Below, in pieces: positions 9,857 to 18,163 of a stretch of 64,000 nt of DNA. The DNA is taken from IMG/VR virus record IMGVR_UViG_3300023202_000247, positions 62,001-126,000 of that record, one strand, 5' to 3'. A program made the position numbers and the translations under genes. Each line of letters starts with the position of its first letter. Position 1 is the first letter of the stretch. The notes beneath the pieces are model-generated. The model was not told where the DNA came from and searched no databases. It saw only the letters and a list, made by a program, of their open reading frames with translations.

Positions 9857-10069
9857 CGTGATGAAGCCAGTATCACACAGCCTCTCACAAGTAGGGCAAA
9901 ACATCTCGCTAACGTTCCTCGGAACGATCGTCCGTAAGGACAGCTACGATACGCCGTTGGTATCCTTCGGGAAACCTGCGGAAAACAACGGGGTGACTGC
10001 ACACCCTAAGGCGAGTGTACCGAAAGTAAGGGGCTGTGTAATGCTGGCGTCACAAAAAGTATCGTAGCT
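9857..10069 (+). ncRNA. structured RNA, candidate tracr/omega-type guide scaffold for the dCas12f
   Basis: Long stem 9858-9885 with 10029-10053 (three G-U pairs favour + strand); hairpins with GUAA and cUUCGg loops; 11-bp pseudoknot agctacgatac 9942-9952 with gtatcgtagct 10059-10069. Confidence 0.7.
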
Positions 10070-10684
10070 AGATGCTCCGTTGGTTTGCAAAGCCTCAGAG
10101 CCAGCAGTGTGACGTTACTGCTTAAAATTTTTACAAAGGGATGCTGTGCTCTTACAGACCTCATCCTAAAGTATCGTAGCACAGTATGAAGTGTCGTGCA
10201 CAAATGCAGTAAGCGGTTGCTATGATGGGTTGGTTTGTAAAGATAATATAAGTATCGTAGCAGAAAGTGCAACTAGCAGGCGTTGGTTTGCAAAGGACGC
10301 TGTGCTCTTAAAAAGTCACAGACGATCTGTGTGTAGTGAAATCGGAGAAAAATGACCGAAAAAGAACTGAAACATTATGTTCAGAACAACCTGGGGGATG
10401 GTGGTTTCATTGAAAAATCCGAAGGATACTGCCTCATAGGCGAATTCAATGGTCCAGTTCGACATGTTTACGGATTCGGTAGAACATGGGCCCAAGCATA
10501 TGAATCCGTCTTCAAAAAAAATCTAAACTGATGCTTAATGCTGGCATCACAAAAAGAGGTCACAGACAAGTATCGTAGTTAGATGGAGCCTCAGTGGTAA
10601 CGCAGAACGTCTTCATAGATCAAATACAGTGACAGCCTCGTCTCAATTTTTACAAAGGATGCTGTGCTCCTAAAAGTCACAGAC
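10059..10684 (+). CRISPR. degenerate CRISPR-like array (motifs gtatcgtagc, gttggtttgcaaag, and hairpin repeat caaaggatgctgtgctcctaaaagtcacagac)
   Basis: gtatcgtag at 10059,10171,10252,10570; gttggtttgYaaag at 10079,10229,10282; hairpin repeat at 10134-10159,10291-10323,10653-10684, stub 10559-10567; irregular spacing. Confidence 0.5.
10352..10531 (+). CDS. 59-aa hypothetical protein inside the repeat region
   Basis: RBS ggag, MTEKELKHYVQNN...KKNLN*; below ORF-track cutoff. Confidence 0.6.
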   Translation: MTEKELKHYVQNNLGDGGFIEKSEGYCLIGEFNGPVRHVYGFGRTWAQAYESVFKKNLN

Positions 10685-10695
10685 AACAATTTACA

Positions 10696-10878
10696 ATGAG
10701 TACACTTCCTAGAGTTACTTTCAATACAGAAGATGGGCTAGAAAAGCACGGTAATGTGTTGCTTCGTCAGGAGCCGAACCTAATCGTGCATGTAAAGGAT
10801 GAACCAGAAGCTATTTGGCTTGTCCCAATTTCATCCTGCGTAAAGCAACAGGAGAAAAAGAAAAAGAAGAAGGCATGA
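10696..10878 (+). CDS. hypothetical protein
   Basis: ORF track. Confidence 0.55.
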   Translation: MSTLPRVTFNTEDGLEKHGNVLLRQEPNLIVHVKDEPEAIWLVPISSCVKQQEKKKKKKA

Positions 10879-11135
10879 AATATCTGCTATTAATAATAGC
10901 AGCATCAATTGTCAGTTGTACAGCACCTACCTCGTACGCTAGTCCGAGTGTAGGTGCTTGGCATTGGTGCCAAGAAACTTGTACCGAGCGCTCCAATAAC
11001 GGTGCTTGTACGAACTTTTACGTATCAGAGTGTGAGCGCTATGCTCATACATCTGAAGATGATGCCATTCAAATGGAAGAACAGGCATGCCTTGATAAAG
11101 GATATTCTGCTATTGATTGTGAATACTCACGATGA
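10875..11135 (+). CDS. Cys-rich putative lipoprotein
   Basis: MKYLLLIIAASIVSC signal/lipobox-like. Confidence 0.55.
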   Translation: MKYLLLIIAASIVSCTAPTSYASPSVGAWHWCQETCTERSNNGACTNFYVSECERYAHTSEDDAIQMEEQACLDKGYSAIDCEYSR

Positions 11136-11764
11136 ATGATAAATATATTAAGATAAAAGATGCGCGCGAGCGTAGAATAAAAAACAACCTGTGTATCACT
11201 TGTGGTTTGATTCCACCACGAAAAGATCGACGTATGTGTGTTGATTGTTCGGACAAGCGATTGAAATATGAGGCAGAGCTTCGCTTGCGTGCCACTGAAG
11301 AAAAACGTAAGAAGCGTAATGCTGTTAACAGAAAGCTCAATAGAACTTTTATCGAGCGCGGCATATGTCCAAATTGTTACAAGCGTCCATTGGAAGAGGG
11401 TAAAAAATCTTGTTCCAAATGCCTAAAGGGTGCACGAGACAGGGCTAAATATCCTTTGCGTTTGCCAAGAGGGGGTATGTCATTGTTCATGGGCGAGTAT
11501 AAAGCTTTAACCCAAGAACAGTTTCATAATTTTTACAAGGCTGTCGAACGTAAAGGCAGCGCTGCAAACTTCGAATCATACCTATCCGAACTAGAGTCCA
11601 AAGTCTACCGTGCCCGCATCGATGGCACATCTATGGAAGCAATTGCTAAAGACATTGGATATACTAGACAAGGTGTAGCGTATATCGAAAGAAACATTGC
11701 TAAGAAGTTTGTCGGAAAAGTTGGCAAACTCAAACTCTCCGATTTGAGGAACAATGGAACTTGA
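11132..11764 (+). CDS. Zn-finger plus sigma70 region-4-like HTH protein (similar architecture to 2509..3015)
   Basis: four CxxC pairs; LSELESKVY..SMEAIAKDIGYTRQGVAYIE. Confidence 0.7.
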   Translation: MNDKYIKIKDARERRIKNNLCITCGLIPPRKDRRMCVDCSDKRLKYEAELRLRATEEKRKKRNAVNRKLNRTFIERGICPNCYKRPLEEGKKSCSKCLKGARDRAKYPLRLPRGGMSLFMGEYKALTQEQFHNFYKAVERKGSAANFESYLSELESKVYRARIDGTSMEAIAKDIGYTRQGVAYIERNIAKKFVGKVGKLKLSDLRNNGT

Positions 11765-11822
11765 TCAGTTGTAGTAATGAAATGTGTTTCCGCAGAAGAT
11801 CCTAGCTAGAAGAGGTTTAAAC

Positions 11823-12260
11823 ATGGAAAAGCTAAGATTAGAGATTGACTGTGATGATGACAAGATGTATTACAAGTGGGATACGGATGAATTGCATAAT
11901 CCATATGGTCCAGCAGTTGAATTTGTAAGTGGAACTAAAGAATGGTGGGTAAACGGAAATCGTCACCGAGAAGATGGTCCAGCAATTGAATATGCAAATG
12001 GACATAAAGAGTGGTATCTAAACGGTAAACGTCATCGGGAAGATGGTCCAGCAATTGAATATGCAAATGGATCTAGAGAATGGTATCTAAACGGTAAACG
12101 TCATCGTGAAGATGGTCCAGCTTTTGAACATGCATATGGATCTAAAGAATGGTGGGTAAACGGTGTCGAATTTACAGAGGAAGAATTCAACAGTCGTCAC
12201 TCTTGTACCAGCAAGATTGTTAAGATTGACGGAAAACGCTACAAGTTAGAAGAGATTTGA
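11823..12260 (+). CDS. HREDGPA-repeat (MORN-like beta-hairpin) protein, copy 1
   Basis: MEKLRLEID cap, 23-aa HREDGPA repeats, IDGKRYKLEE cap. Confidence 0.85.
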   Translation: MEKLRLEIDCDDDKMYYKWDTDELHNPYGPAVEFVSGTKEWWVNGNRHREDGPAIEYANGHKEWYLNGKRHREDGPAIEYANGSREWYLNGKRHREDGPAFEHAYGSKEWWVNGVEFTEEEFNSRHSCTSKIVKIDGKRYKLEEI

Positions 12261-12262
12261 AA

Positions 12263-12754
12263 ATGGAAAAGCTGCGAGTAGAAATTGACTGTGATGGTAC
12301 AAAAAAGTATTACAAGTGGGATACGTGTGAACTACATAATCCGTATGGTCCAGCAATTGAATATGAAAATGGAGATAAATCTTGGTATCTAAACGGTAAA
12401 CTTCATCGTGAAGATGGTCCAGCAATTGAATGGACAGATGGACATAAAGAGTGGTGGATAAACGGTAAAGTTCATCGTGAGGATGGTCCAGCTGTTGAAT
12501 TTGCAAATGGAGATAAATGTTGGTATCTAAACGGCAAACGTCACCGAGAAGATGGCCCAGCTGTTGAATACGCAAATGGATCTAAATTTTGGTATGTAAA
12601 CAGTAAACGTCATCGTGAAGATGGTCCAGCAATTGAATGGGCAAATGGACATAAAGAGTGGTATGTAAATGGTGTCGAATTGACAAAGAAAGAATTTCAC
12701 AATCGTCACTCTTGTAAAAGATTGTTAATATTGACGGAAAACGTTACAAGCTAG
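12263..12754 (+). CDS. HREDGPA-repeat protein, copy 2 (C-cap frameshifted)
   Basis: four repeats; C-cap DNA present but out of frame after ~12716. Confidence 0.8.
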   Translation: MEKLRVEIDCDGTKKYYKWDTCELHNPYGPAIEYENGDKSWYLNGKLHREDGPAIEWTDGHKEWWINGKVHREDGPAVEFANGDKCWYLNGKRHREDGPAVEYANGSKFWYVNSKRHREDGPAIEWANGHKEWYVNGVELTKKEFHNRHSCKRLLILTENVTS

Positions 12755-12767
12755 AAGAGGTTTAAAC

Positions 12768-13208
12768 ATGGAAAAGCTACGAGTAGAGATTGACTGTCAT
12801 GGTAACAAGATGTATTACAAGTGGGATACGGATGAACTGCATAATCCATATGGTCCAGCTGTTGAAGGTGCAGATGGAGATAAAGAATGGTATCTAAACG
12901 ATAAGCTTCACCGAGAAGATGGCCCTGCTATTGAAGGTGCAGATGGAGATAAAGAATGGTATCTAAACGATAAGCTTCACAGAGAAGATGGTCCAGCAGT
13001 TGAATATGCATATGGACATAAAGAGTGGTATGTAAACGGTAAACGTCATCGTGAGGGTGGTCCTGCTGTTGAACATGCAGATGGATATAAAGAATGGTAT
13101 GTAAATGGTACCAAACTGACAGAAGAAGAGTTCAACAGTCGTCACTCATTTTGTACCAGCAAGATTGTAGAGATTGACGGAAAACGTTACAAGCTAGAAG
13201 AAGTTTGA
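12768..13208 (+). CDS. HREDGPA-repeat protein, copy 3
   Basis: same architecture. Confidence 0.85.
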   Translation: MEKLRVEIDCHGNKMYYKWDTDELHNPYGPAVEGADGDKEWYLNDKLHREDGPAIEGADGDKEWYLNDKLHREDGPAVEYAYGHKEWYVNGKRHREGGPAVEHADGYKEWYVNGTKLTEEEFNSRHSFCTSKIVEIDGKRYKLEEV

Positions 13209-13211
13209 AAG

Positions 13212-13652
13212 ATGGAAAAGCTAAGATTAGAGATTGACTGTGATGGTACAAAAAAGTATTACAAGTGGGATACGGATGAGTATCATAATCCATATGGTCC
13301 AGCTATTGAATATGCAAATGGATATAAAGAGTGGCGGGTAAACGGTAAACGTCATCGTGAAGATGGCCCTGCTATTGAAGGTGTAAATGGAACTAAATTT
13401 TGGTATCTAAACGGTAAACGTCATCGTGAAGATGGTCCAGCAATTGAATTTGTAAATGGATCTAGAGAATGGTGGGTAAACGGTAAACGTCATCGTGAAG
13501 ATGGTCCAGCTTTTGAACATGCAGATGGATATAAAGAATGGTGGATAAATGATACCAAACTTACAGAGGCAGAGTTCAACAATCGTCACTCATCTTGTAC
13601 CGGAAAGATTGTTAAGATTGACGGAAAACGTTACAAGCTAGAAGAAGTTTGA
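13212..13652 (+). CDS. HREDGPA-repeat protein, copy 4
   Basis: same architecture. Confidence 0.85.
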   Translation: MEKLRLEIDCDGTKKYYKWDTDEYHNPYGPAIEYANGYKEWRVNGKRHREDGPAIEGVNGTKFWYLNGKRHREDGPAIEFVNGSREWWVNGKRHREDGPAFEHADGYKEWWINDTKLTEAEFNNRHSSCTGKIVKIDGKRYKLEEV

Positions 13653-13655
13653 AAG

Positions 13656-14096
13656 ATGGAAAAGCTAAGATTAGAGATTGACCATCATGGTACAAAAAAA
13701 TATTACAAGTGGGATACGAATGAACTGCATAATCCATATGGTCCAGCTGTTGAATATGCAAATGGATATAAAGCTTGGTGGATAAACGGTAAACGTCATC
13801 GTGAAGATGGCCCTGCTATTGAAAGTGTAAATGGAACTAAATTTTGGTATCTAAACAATAAGCGTCATCGTGAAGATGGTCCAGCTATTGAACATGCAGA
13901 TGGACATAAATCTTGGTATCTAAACGATAAACTTCATCGTGAAGATGGTCCAGCTTTTGAACATGCAGATGGATATAAAGAATGGTATGTAAATGGTACC
14001 AAACTGACAGAAGAAGAGTTCAACAGTCGTCACTCATCTTGTACCAGCAAGATTGTGGAGATTGACGGAAAACGTTACAAGCTAGAAGAAGTTTGA
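13656..14096 (+). CDS. HREDGPA-repeat protein, copy 5
   Basis: same architecture. Confidence 0.85.
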   Translation: MEKLRLEIDHHGTKKYYKWDTNELHNPYGPAVEYANGYKAWWINGKRHREDGPAIESVNGTKFWYLNNKRHREDGPAIEHADGHKSWYLNDKLHREDGPAFEHADGYKEWYVNGTKLTEEEFNSRHSSCTSKIVEIDGKRYKLEEV

Positions 14097-14099
14097 AAG

Positions 14100-14498
14100 A
14101 TGGAAAAGCTAAGATTAGAGATTGACTGTGATGGTACAAAAAAGTATTACAAGTGGGATACGTATGAACTGCATAATCCATATGGTCCAGCTATTGAATA
14201 TGCAGATGGAGATAAATTTTGGTATGAATTTGCAGATGGAGATAAAGCTTGGTATCTAAACGGCAAACGTCATCGTGAGGATGGCCCAGCTTTTAAATAT
14301 GCAAATGGACATAAAGAATGGTATGTAAATGGTAAACTTCATCGTGAAGATGGTCCAGCTATTGAATATGCAGATGGAGATAAAGCTTGGTGGATAAATG
14401 ATACCAAACTTACAGAGGAAGAATTCAATAGTCGTCACTCTTGTGCTGGTAAAGTTGTGGAGATTGATGGAAAACGTTACAAACTAGAAGAAGTTTGA
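14100..14498 (+). CDS. HREDGPA-repeat protein, copy 6 (internal in-frame deletion)
   Basis: KFWY-EFADG junction lacks part of one repeat. Confidence 0.85.
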   Translation: MEKLRLEIDCDGTKKYYKWDTYELHNPYGPAIEYADGDKFWYEFADGDKAWYLNGKRHREDGPAFKYANGHKEWYVNGKLHREDGPAIEYADGDKAWWINDTKLTEEEFNSRHSCAGKVVEIDGKRYKLEEV

Positions 14499-14501
14499 AA
14501 T

Positions 14502-14979
14502 ATGGAAAAGCTAAGATTAGAGATTGACTGTGATGGTACAAAAAAGTATTACAAGTGGGATACGTGTGAATTGCATAATACATATGGTCCAGCTGTTGAA
14601 TATGCAGATGGAGATAAATCTTGGTATGTAAACAATAAGCTTCACAGAGAAGATGGTCCAGCTGTTGAAGATGCAGATGGATATAAATTTTGGTATCTAA
14701 ACAGCAAGCTTCATCGTGAGGATGGTCCAGCTGTTGAAGGTGCAAATGGAGATAAAGTTTGGTATGTAAACGGCAAGCTTCATCGGGAAGATGGCCCTGC
14801 TATTGAAGATGCAGATGGAGATAAATTTTGGTCCTGCTGTTGAATTGGAAGATGGAACTAAAGAATGGTATGTAAATGGTACCAAACTGACAGAAGAAGG
14901 GTTTAACAATCGTTACTCATCTTGTACCAGCAAGATTGTAGAGATTGATGGAAAACGTTACAAGCTAGAAGAAGTTTGA
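14502..14979 (+). pseudogene. HREDGPA-repeat protein, copy 7, frameshifted
   Basis: deletion at ~14830 joins ttttgg to tcctgct, splitting it into ORFs 14502..14843 and 14791..14979. Confidence 0.8.
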
Positions 14980-15008
14980 AAGATGGAAAAGCTTCAAGAG
15001 GATATACG

Positions 15009-16283
15009 ATGAGCACAGTTGTAGTAATGAAATGTGTTTCCGCAGAAGATCATCCCAAGGCTGATGCCCTGCGCCTTTATCAATTTTCTCCCGGCGATGG
15101 TCAAGAGAATGTACAAATCATTGCCAACCTGGAAAATGTATATCAGGTAGGTGATCATGCAATCATTGCCAATATTGGTTGTATTCTCAAGGAAGATAAT
15201 CTAAATGTCAAGCCTGCTAAGTTTCGTGGTATTCCTTCATATGGAATAGCAATGGGTAAGACTGATAAGCCTGTAGGTACTGATCTAACCGATGAGTATT
15301 GCATCGAGCAAAAATCGCCGTTGCCCATTCAGAAGTGGCCGAAGATTGAGAGTCTTTCCAGCGTCCGTCAATATATGGTAGAGGTTGATGAGTTTCATCC
15401 AATCGATTACCGACCAAAGATAAAGATTGATGGGGCAAACACTTCGGTACATGTCAAGGATGACACTGTCATGGCTCAAAGCCGTGTCAAGATGCTCACT
15501 GTAGATGATGACCTGTACGGTTTTGCCAAGTGGGTTGATGCGAATCGAGACTACTGGTCTGCAATTTCTGACGATTACTTAGTTGTTTTCGGAGAATGGG
15601 CAGGTGAAGGAATTCAAAAGCGCAACGCTGCTGTAGCTAGCGTTAGTAAAAAGTTTTTTGCGGTTTTTGCAATTTACGATGGTAAGGGATATATTGTAAG
15701 CCCCGAGAAAATTCGTGCCCTTTTGCCAAAGCATGAAGACATTTACGTTTTGCCATGGGCCGATGAGAAACATACATTTGATTTCACGGACCGTGACAAG
15801 TTGCGTGTAACGGCTGAGCATGTAGCAAAGCAAGTTGCAATCGTGGAAGAGTGCGACCCTTGGGTCAAGAGCACATTTGGTTTGGAAGGTACGGGCGAAG
15901 GTCTAGTTTACTACCCTTTGCTCGAAGGCGATGATTATATTGATCAGTTTGCATTCTCCAATTTCGTTTTCAAAGCCAAAGGCGAAAAGCACAAGGTAAA
16001 GAAAACGAAGAAGCCCGTGCCCATTGATCCGGAAGTTGCTGAATCCATTGCGGAATTCGTTGATACATTTGTCACGGAGAATCGTTTGGAGCAAATGGCA
16101 ACGGAGTTGGGCTGTGGTTATGATATGAAAAAGACTGGTCAGTTTATCAAGCTTGTCATAGCTGACGTTCAAAAGGAAAGCGTTGATGAATTGAAAGCTT
16201 CCAAGTTGGAATGGAAAGATGTGGTGAAACCGGTGAGTAGCGCAGCCGTATCTTGGTGGCAAAAGAAATGTAAAGAAATATAA
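15009..16283 (+). CDS. ATP-dependent RNA ligase (Rnl2-like) with N-terminal tRNA-binding OB domain
   Basis: HPKADALR..FRGIPSYG OB domain; KIDGAN, FGEWAG, FAVFAI, GEGLV, FKAK motifs; RBS gagga before ATG 15009. Confidence 0.85.
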   Translation: MSTVVVMKCVSAEDHPKADALRLYQFSPGDGQENVQIIANLENVYQVGDHAIIANIGCILKEDNLNVKPAKFRGIPSYGIAMGKTDKPVGTDLTDEYCIEQKSPLPIQKWPKIESLSSVRQYMVEVDEFHPIDYRPKIKIDGANTSVHVKDDTVMAQSRVKMLTVDDDLYGFAKWVDANRDYWSAISDDYLVVFGEWAGEGIQKRNAAVASVSKKFFAVFAIYDGKGYIVSPEKIRALLPKHEDIYVLPWADEKHTFDFTDRDKLRVTAEHVAKQVAIVEECDPWVKSTFGLEGTGEGLVYYPLLEGDDYIDQFAFSNFVFKAKGEKHKVKKTKKPVPIDPEVAESIAEFVDTFVTENRLEQMATELGCGYDMKKTGQFIKLVIADVQKESVDELKASKLEWKDVVKPVSSAAVSWWQKKCKEI

Positions 16284-16337
16284 GATGTAATTTCTGATTT
16301 CTATTGATTTGTGCTAGCAAAGTTGTAGAGTTGAAAG

Positions 16338-16844
16338 ATGGAAAAGCTACGAGTAGAGATTGATTATCATGGTACCAAGAGATATTACAAATGGGATACG
16401 TGTGAACTACATAATCCGTATGGTCCAGCAATTGAATATGAAAATGGATCTAAATGTTGGTATCTAAACGGTAAATATCATCGAGAAGATGGTCCAGCTA
16501 TTGAATATGCAAATGGATCTAAATTTTGGTATGTAAACGGTAAACGTCACCGAGAAAATGGTCCAGCTATTGAATATGCAAATGGAGATAAATATTGGTA
16601 TTTAAACGATAAGTGTCATCGTGAAGATGGTCCAGCTATTGAATATTCAAATGGATATAAAGAGTGGTGGGTAAACGATAAGCGTCATCGTGAGGATGGT
16701 CCAGCTGTTGAATATGTAAATGGATCTAAAGAATGGTGGATAAATGATACCAAACTGACAGAGGAAGAGTTTAACAATCGTCACTCTTATGCTGGCAAAG
16801 TTGTGGAGATTGACGGAAAACGTTACAAGCTAGAAGAGGTTTGA
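16338..16844 (+). CDS. HREDGPA-repeat protein, copy 8
   Basis: same architecture, four repeats; followed by relic start MEKLRL* at 16846. Confidence 0.85.
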   Translation: MEKLRVEIDYHGTKRYYKWDTCELHNPYGPAIEYENGSKCWYLNGKYHREDGPAIEYANGSKFWYVNGKRHRENGPAIEYANGDKYWYLNDKCHREDGPAIEYSNGYKEWWVNDKRHREDGPAVEYVNGSKEWWINDTKLTEEEFNNRHSYAGKVVEIDGKRYKLEEV

Positions 16845-16978
16845 TATGGAAAAGCTAAGATTATAGATTAATCATCATGGTGACAAGAGTTCAGTGAAAA
16901 GAATGTGGGGAAGTAGAAAGCAATCTAATACATTTATTACAATAGATGTAGACAAAGAAAAGTTATTCTTGTAGGAAA

Positions 16979-17260
16979 ATGAAATGGATAGCTGATAAAC
17001 TGTCAGGTGGAGAAACTGTGCAGATCAAACTGTCCGGTAACTCCATGACGCCTAGAATAAAATCTAGACAGTTAGTTATCATCGAACCATGCAAGATTGC
17101 TGATGTGAAGCAAGATGATGTGGTTTTTTGCAAGGTCAAAGGCAACTATTATTTACACTTAGTAAAGAAAGTTGGCGATGATGGTCGCATTCTAATTGGT
17201 AACAATCATGGAAGAATCAATGGCTGGACAAAATTGGTGTTCGGTAAATTGAAAGAGTAA
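16979..17260 (+). CDS. S24/S26 peptidase-like protein
   Basis: SGNSMTPRI..DVVFCKV..YLHLVK. Confidence 0.7.
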   Translation: MKWIADKLSGGETVQIKLSGNSMTPRIKSRQLVIIEPCKIADVKQDDVVFCKVKGNYYLHLVKKVGDDGRILIGNNHGRINGWTKLVFGKLKE

Positions 17261-17262
17261 CG

Positions 17263-17751
17263 TTGTTTGTTGGGAGTGAAAGAATGATTCGTTTGATAAA
17301 TATCAAAGTAGTTGCTCATTACCCTTATGATTGGGGATTTGATGAAACGCTTGCAAAAACGGCATGTAAATATCTAGAAGGATTTTTACACAACCATTTC
17401 AGCGATAGATCGCTTTTTACTGAGAGTGAGTCTAAAAGATTGATCGGAGCCATCAAAACTGGCGTGATGATGAATAGTGTAATTTCTGGTTATGACATTT
17501 ATCTTTCTCATGAGATTTATACTTCCCTTAGAGGAAAGTTAAATCTAGATTTGCTGAGTTTTCACATGAACGGTTTCATCGAGGGAGCTTTTTATTGTCA
17601 TCATATTCAACCATATCCGGAGGGTCCCGATAATAAGGACTCTGTCGAATACAAAGCTTGGTTAAGGCTAGAAGAAGCTAAGAGAGATTTGGAAGATGCT
17701 TATGAGAACTTCAATATAGAAAAATTACCCGTAAGTATTGAAGACCAATAA
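17263..17751 (+). CDS. hypothetical protein
   Basis: ORF track. Confidence 0.6.
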   Translation: MFVGSERMIRLINIKVVAHYPYDWGFDETLAKTACKYLEGFLHNHFSDRSLFTESESKRLIGAIKTGVMMNSVISGYDIYLSHEIYTSLRGKLNLDLLSFHMNGFIEGAFYCHHIQPYPEGPDNKDSVEYKAWLRLEEAKRDLEDAYENFNIEKLPVSIEDQ

Positions 17752-17887
17752 TCTTCAACAGTTTACAGTATCGTAGCACAGAACGAAATCCATAATGCAG
17801 AGAACGTGAAGCATTGCTTCGCAAAAGGAGAATTGGTCAACCATATAGGTGATATATCTATGTGGTATGACAGTACTTCCGAATACC

Positions 17888-18072
17888 ATTAAGTGGGGTA
17901 GCTACAAATTTTTGAAGGCCCTGTATATTATGGCGATCACCGTGGTCGCTTCCCCCTTGCCAAGATGGAAAAGTATAATCTTGGTGAAGATGGTGAATTA
18001 ATATATGTTATCTCTCGTACCGAGGGTGGCAATTTCATGGCCTACAACGGCTATGACAGATGCAAAATGACC
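17888..18072 (+). pseudogene. relic paralogue of the adjacent lysin N-terminus
   Basis: IKWGSYK/EGPVYYG and TEGGNF..GYD mirror IKWGKYK..EGPVYYG and TEGGTL..SYD in 18164..19327; frameshifted. Confidence 0.7.
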
Positions 18073-18079
18073 AGGTGCT

Positions 18080-18142
18080 TTGCTCACTACGGTGAGACAC
18101 ACCATTGAATCAAGTACTCAACATTGCTCACTACGGTGAGAC
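18080..18142 (+). CRISPR. two orphan CasPhi(Cas12j)-like repeat ends
   Basis: ttgctcactacggtgagac at 18080-18098 and 18124-18142; TTG + 5-bp stem + TACG loop + AC. Confidence 0.5.
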
Positions 18143-18163
18143 ATCCATTGATGAAGGGTAAAT

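Noticed and set aside
9849-10272. ORFs 9849..10067 (+) and 10006..10272 (-)
   Set aside because: No RBS; they overlap the promoter, structured RNA and repeats.
11823-16844. Diversity-generating retroelement behind the HREDGPA variation
   Set aside because: Many variable codons are NNT, but no reverse transcriptase or template repeat is visible, many adenines are nearly invariant and TGG variants recur; recombination is the simpler explanation.
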